Shown here: positions 27,231-41,476 of the stretch, piece by piece
How the letters are laid out: every line of letters begins with the position of its first letter
Numbering within the stretch: position 1 is the stretch's first letter
DNA from: Chrysomallon squamiferum
Taxonomy: Eukaryota > Animalia > Mollusca
Assembly (NCBI GenBank): GCA_012295275.1
Contig: CM022672.1
Span: forward strand, 21,576,001-21,640,000
Length of the DNA: 64,000 bases
Reading direction: 5' to 3'
Notes under the pieces: generated by a model
The model's input: only the letters and a program-made list of their open reading frames with translations
The model's database searches: none
What the model was told of the DNA's origin: nothing
Translations under genes and position numbers: made by a program

Positions 27231-28404
27231 TAGGTTATTAAGTCCTGTTTATCGTGATATCGTATTTGTTTCAAATTACAAGAGTCCTTGGCGCTCATTT
27301 TCATTCATGAAAAACAAGCAAATACGACTGTATAATTAGCTATATATGTGCAGGTATGTACGTGCGTGCCTGTGTTATTGAGAAGCTTGATAAAATAATA
27401 AATTAAGATACAAAAAAACAATATAATTGTTTCTAAAAATCCAACAACAAAAAGGCCAATAATTAACTAACAAAAATAAATAAATAAAATAAAATAAAAC
27501 AAAACAAAATAAAACAAAACAAAACAAAACAAAACAAAACAAAACAAAACAAAATCAAATCAAACAAATAAAATAATAAGACAGGATATTTCATGAACTA
27601 TCATTCATTCATTGCTTGTATTTCTTTCTTTAGAAGACTTTATTTTATAATGAGTTCTTTCCGTGTGAAATTTCCATTTAATTGAGTTGTGTGTGTAGCT
27701 ATTTTTCATTTATTTTTCTATTTCTGTGCGACCTAGTTCTATTAAGTTTCAGTGTGTGGGGGGAGGGGATATAAATGCACGTAATTAATTCCCTGAAAGG
27801 CTTTTATTGAATTAGAATGAGCTTGTTTTTTTTTTTTTTTGTTTTTTTTAGATTTATTTCACAATTTACTTGTTCAAGCAAAATTTTTAAAAAACAAATA
27901 CACTTAAGGAATTGTAAAAAGATAGCGTAGAATGATTTAGTCAAAAAAAAACAAAAAAACAATAACATATGTATTAAAAGGAGGGAGAAAATAAAAATTT
28001 AAAAATCCGATTTTTATACCTCTCTCTGTCATCTTGTACATACATACACACCGATATACATTTCCATAGTTCGGAAGACAATTCAGAATAAAATATATTC
28101 CGAATAAATAATATTTTCAAAGACGAGGTACAAATGTTATAGCTTCTATTAACAATCGAATTTTATTCTTTCGCTAAACTGTGCAACCTTTCGGCATTTT
28201 TATCAGACTGTTAGTATACTGTTACAGAGAGAGAGACTAAGAAATCATATTTTAGTGCAGCAAAGCTAACTAAATCCACAATGAGATGACGTTTAGACAT
28301 AGAGATTCCATAATCATATTTACCATTTCTTTAAAAAAAAAAAAAAAAAAAAAAAAATCTTCCTTTTTTTTTTTTCAGTACTATTTACGCAGGTTATAAC
28401 GAAA

Positions 28405-28486
28405 CGCAGTACCCGGGATTCGAACTCCCAAAGGTAGAACTGAATCTTCATTTCTAAGTGCAAGAGCTGATCAGTGCAGCTAGTGT
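28405..28486 (-). mobile_element. tRNA-derived SINE head remnant
   Basis: Minus strand shows A-box-like TAGCTGCACTGATCAGC and B-box GAGTTCGAATCCC; no tRNA cloverleaf. Confidence 0.45.
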
Positions 28487-28655
28487 CAAACACAGAGTGT
28501 TGTTGATTATCAGAATACCTGATTAGTCACTAAACGACCGATGTGGTTGATTTGACATTTTCGTCAACTCTGTGTAGTGATATGTACCAGCTGGCAGTCT
28601 CTGTCGAACAACAACACACTTAAACCTGAGTTCACATCGACTTGTGTGTGTGTGT

Positions 28656-28698
<43 letters not shown>

Positions 28699-28799
28699 TG
28701 GGTGTTTAGGTGTGGGTGGGTGGCTGTGAACATGTCTGTACGTATTAGTGTGTGAAAAGGTCAAAGTTTATATACAGAATATTTGTCTTTCATAACTAC

Positions 28800-28837
<38 letters not shown>

Positions 28838-29727
28838 ACAGGTACATGTGTTACTGATAGGTTGACTAAAACTGTAAAATAAGACACACAAAAAAACAAT
28901 ATCACTCTTTCTATGAACAATAAAAATAAACTAAACAAACAAAATAAAACACATCAGTAATAAACAAAACAGAATAAAATAAAATAAAATAATATATATA
29001 TATATAAAAATGAAATGAATAATGTATGTCTCGGTGTCCCTGTCTTTATGTACATGACGGCCGACTCGACCTCTTCGCGTTTCTTTATTTCTCATAACAT
29101 TTCTGCACTTGTTTGGAAACCGTGGTTCGTTTAACATAACAAAGCACTAGACTACCTGTCCTTTTAATCACGCAAACCGCTTTAATTACACAATGGTGAC
29201 CGCATTTTTTTTTTCTTTCCCTCTCGCATTTCCTACTGTTAACTCGTTAACAGTACCCAGCGGGAACTTAATAGTAACGTACCTTTGACTAATGGATATC
29301 GATAGCGTTGACATTTTTCTCCGATCTTCTTAAAGTCTAATTACCAGATAAGATAAGAAAAATGGCCTGACAACCTGACTGTCCTTTTAGACGCAGACAG
29401 TATTAATTATATACTGTATAATTCATTAAAACAAATAGGTTGATTCAGCTTAAAGGGATATTTAAACCGGTTTATAATTATGTAATGTACCGTACATGAG
29501 CTGTTTGTGTTTAACAGATCATATTGAAGTATTTATTAGAGTGCACAGTGATAACGGGTATACCAGAAAATGAGCTAAGATGTTAGACAATACATCGGTA
29601 AACCAAAATAATGTGACGTCATAATTACATTAGGATGATCTATATCGAGTCTACCAAATATAAATTTTTGTATTATACTGATACACATCCGATGTACAAA
29701 TTATGTTTTTTATATGTCAATACATAC

Positions 29728-29764
<37 letters not shown>

Positions 29765-31147
29765 ATGTGTATGTGTATGTCGATATATCTACACACACAA
29801 GAACACACGCACACACATATATATATGTATGTTTGTATTACTCGCAGTTTATCCACACACACACACACACACACACATACACTTCTCATTCATTTGACCT
29901 CATTCCAAAAACGTTCTGCACTGCTGGGGTTTTAGACACGATTATGCTACAAATGACACGTAAAAGCGATCTCAATTAAGGTAAATAACTGACAGTGTTT
30001 GCCTCGGGGGAGCGTAGTCAGATCACCGTGTCGCACCCGGGGCGTGGACGTAATGATGTACAACATCCCAGACAGAGACGATGATATCAGTGGAGAAATA
30101 ATCACGAATCAGATGTAGGTGAAAGTATGTATTTTTAGCGCAAGTCGGGGAATAGGTTAATCGAGAATTATTTCAGGCTGAAAACGAAAACGTAACGTTC
30201 TGATTTATATTACATGTTTGTGTGTGTTTGCACCCCTATGTATACGTATGTATTTAATGTATGTGTTAATGTAGATGTTTATATACTATGCACGTATACG
30301 TGTGAGTGTAGAGTATATGTATATGTATCTGTATGTAAGTGTGTGTTTGTATGAAAGTATGTATATATGTATGTGTGTGTGTGTGGGGGGGGCTGTTTAT
30401 GTTACTGTATGAATGCACGTAAACATTTTCAACAATAGCAAAACATACCAACTTAACACTATACTATCATCTCCATCAACAACATAGCCGACAACCTCAA
30501 CAACAATAACAACAACAACAACAACAACAACAACAATAATATTAACATATTGCTTTCTTACCAGCAGGGCATCCATATAAAAGCTGTTTTATAATTTATA
30601 AAAGTTCGGGGGCTCAAAGTATTATGTTTTGTTGACCTTTACTTTTTATGGTTTCTTATTTTTCATGACAGCATCAAAAAGGACCTTGACGTTCGTCATT
30701 CTTCAAACCATAATAATTTTATTCGAATATAAGTTAAAATAGAAATAAAAAAATATAAAATATATATAAAAAAGTAATAATAAAAAAAAAAAAAAAAAAA
30801 AAGAAACAACAACAAAACAGTGCGATAGTTATTTATATCTCGTGAACATAACAAGCCTTAGGTCATATACTGCTGTAATTAAGAATACTTTTTATTACTA
30901 TTTTATCTATAAAACATTTTTAATTTTTTCTTCTGCGAACACAAGTACTTTTGGATTTCTCACACATTACGTCATATTTCGGAATGTGTCATATTCTGTT
31001 TAAAATAGCATTGTTTTAATAAAGTGCGTAAGATGTTTTGAATTATAAATGAATAGATGAAGAGTTATGTACATTTTATTATTAGATGTCTAGCATATCT
31101 TTTTATTATACTGGTGACATACAGGCCGTCTCAAACGTCACCATAGA

Positions 31148-31262
31148 GAATAGGAAATTGGCTGCAATTACATTGTGCACTATTCTTATCGTTTAGCGGG
31201 AAAGGATCTTTTATATACACCTTCCCATACACAGCATTTGACAAAGCTGTCGTAAGCGCAGC
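31148..31262 (-). mobile_element. Decayed SINE core fragment
   Basis: TTAGCGGGAAAGGATCTTTTATATACACC is approximately the reverse complement of GCGTATGAAAGATCCCTTGCTACTAA at about 34747. Confidence 0.55.
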
Positions 31263-32883
31263 CGTTGTCTAAAATTACGTACACGTTCACATGGTGTTTT
31301 TAATTTTTCTATGAGATTTTGATTTTGTTAACATTTAACTTCCTTCTCTCAGTAATTAAACTCTTTCTTCTACTTATATAAAATAAATTATATAATTCAT
31401 AAAATTTAATATATTACTGTTTTAAGCCTGGACATTTTTTTAGGTTCAAATGGTTAGAAATTCACTGGTTTTCAGTTACCTGCGCTCTCTGATCAGCCAT
31501 TTTTGTTTCCGTTTTATTTTAAATTCTATGTATTAGGATTATCTCACACTGTCATAGACAAAGAGGTTGGTTTTTTTATTTCTTTTAACATTCTCCTAAT
31601 TATTGTGGTACAAATGGGTATAATTAACATATAATTAACGAAAAACAAAAACTAAAATTAAAATAATAAAATGAGCTAGTTTTATGAATGTCTACTGCAA
31701 TATTTTGTTATTATTTTCTCTGAGTTTCCACAGCGGTTGTGCGTTTTTGTCTTGCTGTGGTGTCATCAAGCACTCAATTTTTCATTGGCTCATCCGTATG
31801 TTCGTTCGTTCGTTCGTTCGTTCGTCGATTCTTTCTTTCATTTATTAACTTCTCCACCCATTAATTCGTTCAGTGATTCATGCGTCCATCCACAGATTTT
31901 TTCATTGAATTACATCTTGATTAATTCGTAAAGAAAATGTGTTCTCTTACGTTAATAAGATTCAGAAAAAAAATTCAAGCCTTAAGAAAAATCTGTTTGA
32001 GAAATTTTAAGAAATTATTTATGTGTAAAAATATTTATTTATATAAATATATATATTAACTTTTGATAAATCAACCATTCAAAAAATAAAATCAGTTAAT
32101 AATAAAGTAAGGTAAAGTAATAAGATAAGATTACTTATTCGATTATTATTTTAATATTTTTTATATTAAAATGAATTAAAGATATTTTTGTTACAGAACT
32201 CAATCAAACAAACAAACAACACATTACTTAGAGATATTTACAAAAACTGATGGTAATCTACTTTTAAGTAATGAATTTTGTGATAAATAAAATTACTTTT
32301 CTTAAATTATCTTTGATACTGATGATTAGAAAAAAAAACCCCAGTGAGCTAGGAATATGTATTAGAACGACATTAATAACAAATATTTTTAAATTGAACA
32401 AAAGTACAGTGATTCAGTGTAAACACATTTTAGACGGGCTTAACTTAAAGTGCAAGAAATGTGGTGCATGCGTGCGTTTGTGTCTGTGTGTGTGTGTGTG
32501 TGTGCGTGCGTGCGCAAAAAGACGTATCGCCAGACGTAAAGAAAGTAAGACAACTGGTTTCAAGCCGTAATCACACAGAAAAACAGCAGCAGCAGCAGCA
32601 ACAACAACAACAACAAAAAGAAAAATCAACAGAAATGAGAAATGTTTTCATCTGTAATATTCCTCTGTGTAACAGAAATCTAATTTTCTTTGCCTCTTAA
32701 CTCACACCAGGTGGCAGAACAGGAAGACAACGAAACTAAAACAATGCAATTATAAATTACGTGGTTAGACAGCCAACGTCGGAAACGAAATCGACTAATT
32801 AGTCCCAAACTCTCTGCATTCAGCATGTATTTTATTTTTCTGTTGTGTTTCTTCGCGAAGGTCTTTTTCGTGATTATTATTAT

Positions 32884-32929
<46 letters not shown>

Positions 32930-33337
32930 TTAAAAAGAGAAGAGTTACTGCGTCATGCTTGTTTGTTGTGTAACTATTTTTGTCTCACCTGACGTATTAC
33001 GGAAACACTTTGCTCACATTTTGAAAAATAATGGTACGTATAAATAACATATAACAGTTCAGGTTGATGCTCAGCAAACTTTCTAAGGCTTTTTCATTCC
33101 TAAGTGTGATATGAAGAGACGACCTGGTAATGCATAACAACATATTAATGTAGTTTTATGCTAATGGTTACGAAACTGCATTCATATGTTTTCACTGCAA
33201 AGTCTTTTACCGTGAACTACTGTTAGCAGAACTCTGTTCAGTTTTAAACAGACAGGAAAAGACAGTACAGTCGTAGTCGTAAAGCTGAAACGTGATGTAA
33301 GCCAGTAGGGGCATTAAGACGAACTGTATCAACTGTG

Positions 33338-34090
33338 GATATGTATGTAGTATATATGTAGTATGTATGTATGTATGTATGAATGTATGTATGTATGCAT
33401 GTATGTATGTATGTATGTATGTATGTATGTATGTATGTATGTATGTATGTATGTATGTATGTAGTATGTATGTATGTATGTTTGTATGTATGTATGAATG
33501 TATGTATGTATGAATGTATATATGTATGAATGTATGTACGTATGTATTTATGTATGAATGTATGTATATATGAATGTATGTATGTATTATGTATGTTTGA
33601 ATGTATGAATGTATGTATGTATGTTTGAATGTATGTATGTATGTATGTATGTTTGTTTGTATGTATGTATGTATGTATGTTTGTATGTATGTATGTATGT
33701 TTGTATGTATGTATGTATGTATGTATGTATGTATGTATGTATGTATGTATGTATGTATGTATGTATGTATGTATGTATGTATGTATGTATGTATGTATGT
33801 ATGTATGAATGAATGTATGTATGTATGTATGAATGTATGTATGTATGTATGTATGTATGTATGAATGTATGTATGTATGTATCTATGTATGTATGTATGT
33901 ATGTATGTATGTATGAATGTATGTATGTATGTATGTATGTATGTATGTATGAATGTATGTATGAATGTATGTATGTATGTATGTATGTATGTATGAATGT
34001 ATGTATGTATGTATGTATGTATGAATGTATGTATGTATGTATGTTTGAATGTATGAATGTATGTATGTATGTATGTATGTATGTTTGTAT
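33338..34090. repeat. Long compound (ATGT)n tetranucleotide microsatellite, about 750 bp
   Basis: ATGT units with ATGA/TTGT variants; source of the spurious 313-aa ORF. Confidence 0.95.
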
Positions 34091-34599
34091 GCTGTACGAT
34101 CATACCGGCATGGAGAAGATAACAACAAATGTAAACAGATAATTGCATTACTTTTTCAAAAACATTTCTTGGAAAACTGAAAAAAACTTAAATAAAAAAT
34201 TCAGCAGATTTTAATGGAAAAACAAAACTGTCGAAAGAGATGGTTACTTAATCTTGAATTATTATTTGCAAAAGTAAAATTACCATGACCAGAGGCAGTA
34301 TCCCTAAAGTATTGCCCAGAAAAAGGATGTTGCCTCTCTCTGACTACTCCTCTAGGCAGTAGAAACCAGAGAAAAAAGTCTGATGAGAAAATTAATTAGC
34401 CGTGAACTGAAATATCAAGTACTACAAAGGCACTTACTACATAGGAATCACACATCTTATCTATATAAAAAATAAAATAAAATAAAATAAAATAAAATAA
34501 AATAAAATAAAATAAAAAAGTATTTTGGGATATCGCGGGGGTGTTTTTAAAATGTCGTTATTGGGTGAAGGGTTTACTGAGACACAAATGTCAGTATAT

Positions 34600-34790
34600 C
34601 TGTGGAGGCTATATGAAGATCTGTTGTAGAACGTTAGCTTCAGGCGTGACTTGAAGCCGATTATTTAGCGATCCTTGGCTGTACCAGTCGGAGACTGATT
34701 TCCGAAGTACGTCTTGCTATATACTTTCCCTGATTGTTGGAAAGCTGCGTATGAAAGATCCCTTGCTACTAATGAAAGATAATAGTTCGT
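34600..34790 (+). mobile_element. Decayed SINE core fragment
   Basis: Contains ATGAAAGATCCCTTGCTACTAATGAAAGATAATAG, shared with other copies here and recalled as a core motif of gastropod tRNA-SINEs (not database-checked). Confidence 0.55.
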
Positions 34791-34861
34791 TTTATTATCT
34801 GCTTACTCCTCAACTTTATCTAAGGCAGCAAATAATTGTCAAATTTAAAGATTTCTTCATT

Positions 34862-35255
34862 ATTTCCATCACGTCCGTTCAAGTTGTCTGTCTACTTACG
34901 TCTGTCTGTGTCTGCCATCATCACGTCCGTTCAGGTTGTCTGTCTACTTACGTCTGTCTGTCTGCCATCATCACGTCCGTTCAGGTTGTCTGTCTACTTA
35001 CGTCTGTCTCTGTCTGCCATCATCACGTCCGTTCAAGTTGTCTGTCTACTTCTGTCTGTCTCTGTCTGCTATCATCACGTCCGTTCAGGTTGTCTGTCCA
35101 CTTATGTCTGTCTGTGTCTGCCATCATCACGTCCGTTCAAGTTGTCTGTCTACTTCTGTCTGTCTCTGTCTGAATCATCACGTCCGTTCAAGTTGTCTGT
35201 CTATTTACGTCTGTCTCTATCTGCCTCCATCATGTCCGTTCCAGTTTTCTGCCTG
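34862..35255. repeat. Minisatellite, about 48-52-bp unit CCATCATCACGTCCGTTCARGTTGTCTGTCTACTTACGTCTGTCTSTGTCTG, about 8 copies
   Basis: Direct tandem copies visible; length varies in the TCTG tail. Confidence 0.93.
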
Positions 35256-35942
35256 TGTCTATATGCCACTCGCCAATGTTGTTTACTCAAGAACTACGCA
35301 CTTCTTCATATTATCATAGACATAAAACTGAGAGACGTCAAAGCCAAGTTTATTTTTCTGTATCTTTTTAAAAAGATCTACATTTCTCTTCCTTACTTAA
35401 ATTCACTACTATAATTCATAAATTTAAAAAAGGATAAAACCAAAAAAAAAAAAAATAAAATAAAAATAAAAATAAAATAAAATAAAATAAAGACGACTGT
35501 ACCGTATAAGGAAACGTTGCTTAAATGCCCTCGGGATGTCAAAATGAAAAATTAAAATGTGGTGTGAAGCCAGCCTTGTAAATAAACATTTCAGGTATTT
35601 AAGCTTCCGACTGCTGTCGAGCTTGGGTGACTGTTTATAGCGAAAGTGATAAATGATGAAGTCGCAAAGTAAAGCAGTGAGTTTTTATTGCTGGCTGAGA
35701 TGCTGCTGGAATCGATAAGGTAACAAGGATTTCTGTGTAGTGCTTTTGGTCCACTGGCGTACGTCGTAAGAAAAGGTTAGTGTTCCTAATTACGGGCTGT
35801 CATCTTTTATCAAACGGAAACTTTATACACATCGATTGTTTTTTCATTATCAGAACGCGACCAGGAAGTTAATTTTAGAAACAGCCAGGTTAAGTTCGCA
35901 ATTATTCTACTTTTGAGATTTCTTCATTTTAGTCTCTCGCTG

Positions 35943-35973
<31 letters not shown>

Positions 35974-36690
35974 TATATAGGAAGTTATTCTCCTTTGTTA
36001 TTGGATATCGGTGATTTTACAACTCTTGAGGTTTGTCATCATGTTGTAATAGTTAATCACCATCGGTCAGTGCATCAAACTTTGTTTTGGAAAAAATAGG
36101 TCTGAGACTTTTTTAAACTGAGCTCTTCATTAATACAAATGCATTCATAGGAAGTATCTGATTACAGTCTTAAGATATCAGCTTTATGTTGCGCAGGTTA
36201 GAATGCCGAATACAGTGTATATGCATACATATCTAAAACACACACAGATACATTTAAGCACGCACGTACAAACACATGTACATGAAGTCAAACACAAAAA
36301 ACAACGTCTACACGTTAAACATTATTTACTCGGGTATTGCGTAATAATGTCATGACGTCATAAACACTTGCTTAACCACCCTGAACTACAGCAGAACGGA
36401 AACAGAATGTTGAGCGGCACCAAGGTAAGAACTAATTAATTCTGTGAGTATATTTAAAATATACCTGTTCGAATCACTTTAACAAAACTCTGCATAGGCT
36501 TAGAATGTTATAACGACAGAATGTTTTTTTTTTACAAATAATGGTATTTCACTGTCGTTTCTTCTTGGTTTTTTGTGTTTAATGTTCAAACTGCTCATAA
36601 TATTATAGTCATTTTTTTCTTAAGATTACAATATTTAATATATTAATAAACATTAAAAAGACAGACTTTTACGATCATAATGATTAACAT

Positions 36691-36961
36691 CAGGGCCCAA
36701 TGAGAGGGGGAGGGGTCCAGTCGACACTTTGTTCCGGGACCCAAGAGCTAAGCAACCATGCAACATCCATCCCCGCTCGAGAACAGTCACTTTCTACTAC
36801 CCTCAACCCGACATATACCAACATTCATATACACAAACACCACCATACTTATCACACCACACTTACTTCTTTATATCAGTATTTTGAAAAAAATTCTTTA
36901 TCTGCCTCGGGGTCCCAAAGGGGTCTTGTACCGTCTTGCAAAATTTCTCTTGAAGGCCCTG
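36691..36961. mobile_element. hAT-like non-autonomous element (MITE), 271 bp
   Basis: Termini CAGGGCC...GGCCCTG, internal inverted GGGACCC/GGGTCCC, flanked by an 8-bp near-duplication ATTAACAT / ATTAAAAT (7/8 match). Confidence 0.7.
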
Positions 36962-37214
36962 ATTAAAATACTGATAACATTCACAATCAGTTATTTGACG
37001 TGTTAGAATATTGACCTATTGACTCACTTGTTTGACACCAGAAATAGGAAATTAAAAAAAAAATAATAATAATAATAATTAGAATCAATGCTTACATTTT
37101 CTAAATATAATTATATTGTATAACGTATTTCGTGTTCAGTATACCTTAGACAATAAATTCGGAAACATTTATTTTATCTTAGGATAAACTCGTAATACAC
37201 AGTGTGTAGAATGA

Positions 37215-37790
37215 AATATTTTCATAGAGGTGTATGCTTTTGATAACTAGATTTTTATACAAGTGTATTTTTGGTTAGCTAGATTTTCAGAGAAGTATAT
37301 TTTGGTTAGCTACATTTTCACAGAAGTCTATGCTTTGATAGCTAGATTTTCATACAAGTGTATATTTTGATAAATTTTCATACAAATGTATGTTTTGATA
37401 GACAGATTTTCATACAAGTATATGTTTTGATAGATTTTCATACACGTGTATGCTTTGGTAGACAGATTTTCATACAAGTGTATGTTTTGATAGACAGATT
37501 TTCATACAAGTGTATGCTTTGAGAGATTTTCATACAAGTGTATGTTTTGATAGACATATTTTCAAACAAGTGTATGCTTTGATAGATTTTCATACACGTG
37601 TATGCTTTGATAGACAGATTTTCATACAAGTGTATGCTTTGAGAGATTTTCATGCAAGTGTATGCTTTGATAGATTTTCATACACGTGTATGCTTTGGTA
37701 GACAGATTTTCATACAAGTGTATGTTTTGATAGATTTTCATACACGTGTATGCTTTGATAGATTTTCATGCAAGTGTATGTTTTGATAGC
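37215..37790. repeat. Minisatellite, 28/32-bp unit GATTTTCATACAAGTGTATGYTTTGATA(GACA), about 19 copies
   Basis: Direct tandem copies with mixed 28- and 32-bp variants, more diverged at the left end. Confidence 0.93.
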
Positions 37791-38079
37791 CAATTCTTCA
37801 TATCTCTATATTAGGAACTTGAACAAATACAGGACGCACGCAGTTTCTTTAGTCAGTAATGACCTGTCTCTCTCGTTAATAGAAATTACTTGCTGCTCGG
37901 CAAAATTCTATTATACGTTTTGCCTAATTAGCCACGGCGTAAAAATGGTTTTGGAAGAAATAAAACTTCTGGCGATTTCGTTTTGAAACTGATTCAGTGT
38001 GAACATTATACTGATATATTGCTGATTCAAATTACGTTTAATAAGAATTTGAAGATTATAATCGGTAGTGTTATATATA

Positions 38080-38119
<40 letters not shown>

Positions 38120-38130
38120 GATAGATAGAC

Positions 38131-38177
<47 letters not shown>

Positions 38178-38497
38178 TAGATATAGATATATATATATAT
38201 ATAGATAAATAGATATGTGTGTAGATAGATAGTTTAGTATATGTGTATGTATGTATGTGTGTGTGCCTGTATATATATATATATATATATACTACTTTCA
38301 GTGTGTGTGTGTGTGTATGTGTGTGTGAAAAGTATTACTTTGGTCTTATCAATAGAGATTACAGCACAGGGAATAGGTGCTGGCGGGTAGACAGTCATAG
38401 TAAGATATATGTATTGTGAGTGTGTGCATGTGTGTGTGACAAAAGCGACACTACTATAGAAACAAGAAATTAAATAAATATATATAATATAATAACA

Positions 38498-38608
<111 letters not shown>

Positions 38609-38783
38609 AAATAAGGATAAAGATATTGTAAATGGAACGCCATTTACGTAGGTAAAAGATTAGGTGGTGCTAATCAATACATTTGACCCAAGGGTAGCGG
38701 CAGTCGACTTTCATCTGATTTCATCATTACATGGATCTTGAGGAGGGAAATATAGTTTAATGTCAGCGCACTGGAGACAGAGG

Positions 38784-38816
<33 letters not shown>

Positions 38817-40208
38817 ATGTATTATTACATGTATATATCTGTGTATGTATTCGTATGTAGGTATGTGTGTATCTCTATGTATGTATGTATGCATGTGTGT
38901 GTGCTGTTTATGTTTATATCCATGTATGTATGTTTGAGTGTGTATGCATGGTGGTGAGAACATGCGTGAGTGCCTGAGTGCGTGCGTGTATATATCCAGG
39001 TTACTAAATATGTATTTGTATATACAAATATACATGTTTATGTATGTGCCATATTTCATGCATATAATGATAGCACGAAAAAGGAAATCCGCTATATGAA
39101 TTCCGCCTCTATTTATATCGATTATCTTCAACGGATCTTTTATCATCGAGTTGTCATCGACGAATCGCTATCCCAGAGACAGGAAGAAACCTGATTCTGA
39201 TAAAGCTACAGCAGTTCTGTAGGCCATGCTTGTCTTTTTGTTTGTTTGTTTTGATGTAATTGTAGCTTAGTTTTGTCTTTGTTTGTCTTCTCAGCGTGAA
39301 ACTTTAAATTCATTGCAGTGATTTCATCATCAGAGATTTATTTGTTTATTAGTTTATTTATTTTCTAACTTGAGATCGTAGTATTGCTGGAAACGAAGGA
39401 AGAGAAAGAAATTAGAAGAAAGAAAGATTGAAAAGAAAATAGTTAAAAGAAAAGATAACTAATTTATGCGAAACCGAAAGTTAAAGTTTAGATTAAGTAA
39501 TACTAACGATACTTACGGTTTTTTTCTTTGATTTTTTTTTTTTAATCGTAATGAAGATGTCTTCTGTTTTAAATAAAACATCAGCTGAAAGTCTTTGTTA
39601 AGGAAAAAAGAAGACAAACGGTAATAACATATTATAAAAACCTTTAATTTCGAAACTTTGTACATCGTTTTTCTTTCATCTTATAAATGTCTTCTTACTG
39701 TATGATGTAATCTTTACCGTTTTGCTGTTTTTGGCCATGAAAGAGTTCTACAGAAGTACTTTTAATGTAATGACGTTTTTACATTTACTTTTCTTTTGAC
39801 CTTTTTTAAAAAATTCAGCTGGAACCTATTACAGTACTAATTGCATAAACAGGACGAAAATTGATAGTTTTACTTTCTTCTAAAGGTTCACATTTAGCGA
39901 AATGATCCAGTAATTAAATTATCTTACGTAAGAAAAGTAGGCCTTACGCTCATACGCCAGTAAACGGTTTTATTTTGGAGGTAAACCAAGAAAAGAAAGC
40001 ACAGACCGATAACTTTATTATTAATCGTCTTACTCCTCAGGGCACTAATTACATGCATTAATTCTAAGATGACTGTCTAACAGCAGGAAGAATAATAACA
40101 GTATAATAGTCAGTGATTCAAACGTAAAAATAATAAATGTGCCATATTCATACAAATTAATATTGACCGTTTATACTTATATACAAATGTCTATGCACTC
40201 TCATTTAC

Positions 40209-40276
<68 letters not shown>

Positions 40277-40827
40277 CCTCACTTAACAACTGCATGGACT
40301 TACGACCAGCTTTCTGACCAGTCGTTATTGTGCTAGGCTGCACGAAAACTTTGATCGTGGAAAAACGGCAGCTCGATGTCTTAAGCGTCAAGCACGTAAT
40401 TTCGCGTCACCATTTCCAGCCTCCGTCTCGTACCCGCAGTCAGTCAGTATTCACCACACCAGCGTTTTCAATCCTCAACACTAAATATTTCATCTATAGA
40501 TTTGTACATTATTGTAAAACCAATAGAATAAGACGTTATAATTTTGTCCGACTGTATTTTGATGTTCTGTGGTCAAGTTGGAGTTTGTTTTAGATCTTTT
40601 CTTTGTTCAGAATAAATAAAAACAAATAGCTGCATTTACAATATCCAAATCAGAGTAATGTACATTAGAGCTGATTTCTTCTAATCTCTTTATTATAGTG
40701 TACGGTGCATTACCGTTTAAACATTTAAAAACATACTAAATATATTATAAATAGCGCACAGGCGACATTAAAATAATATCTAAAGATAACTGACACAAAC
40801 CCAACTCCGTCATAAGTCAGGAGTTCC

Positions 40828-40953
40828 TACATATACATACATACATACATACATACATACATACATACATACATACATACATACATACATACATACATAC
40901 ATACATACATACATTCATACATACATACATAGATACATACATACATACATACA
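40828..40953. repeat. (TACA)n microsatellite
   Basis: Near-perfect tetranucleotide run. Confidence 0.93.
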
Positions 40954-41072
40954 TATATGTCCTCCTGCACCAGTTCCGAATATTGTCTACGTGCAGAATC
41001 TAATCAGACGTATGTACGATAGAGAATATTAAAAATCCTAAAATAAATACATAGATTATTACACACACACCT

Positions 41073-41106
<34 letters not shown>

Positions 41107-41434
41107 GGTTGTTTGCCTTAGACACAGAACAGTACATACCACTAACTTTCGTACACATACAAGTTTAAATAAGCAGACAAATTATTAGCATCCTCGGTCA
41201 CTTAGTTCATATTTAAGACAAAATTAAAAACTTTTTTGCTGAAAGACGTCGTAAATAATAAGTCACTGACCTCAGATATCCAGCATTATTGCTTGGGTGA
41301 TTTAGTGACCTTAAGCATGAAACAGTTTTCACCAGAGTGATGGATAACACGTGCTTCTCCGTGACTTGATTTTGTCAGAGCAGGTTTAGAAAGTTACCAT
41401 ATCATAATGTTTATTATTCTTAGTGTAATAACAA

Positions 41435-41476
<42 letters not shown>

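Noticed and set aside
28405-28486. Functional tRNA gene
   Set aside because: B-box present but acceptor and anticodon stems cannot be formed; treated as a SINE head.
33207-34148. 313-aa ORF (HTYI repeats)
   Set aside because: Reading of the (ATGT)n microsatellite.
34862-37790. CRISPR-like interpretation of the tandem arrays
   Set aside because: Eukaryotic context, no unique spacers and no cas genes.
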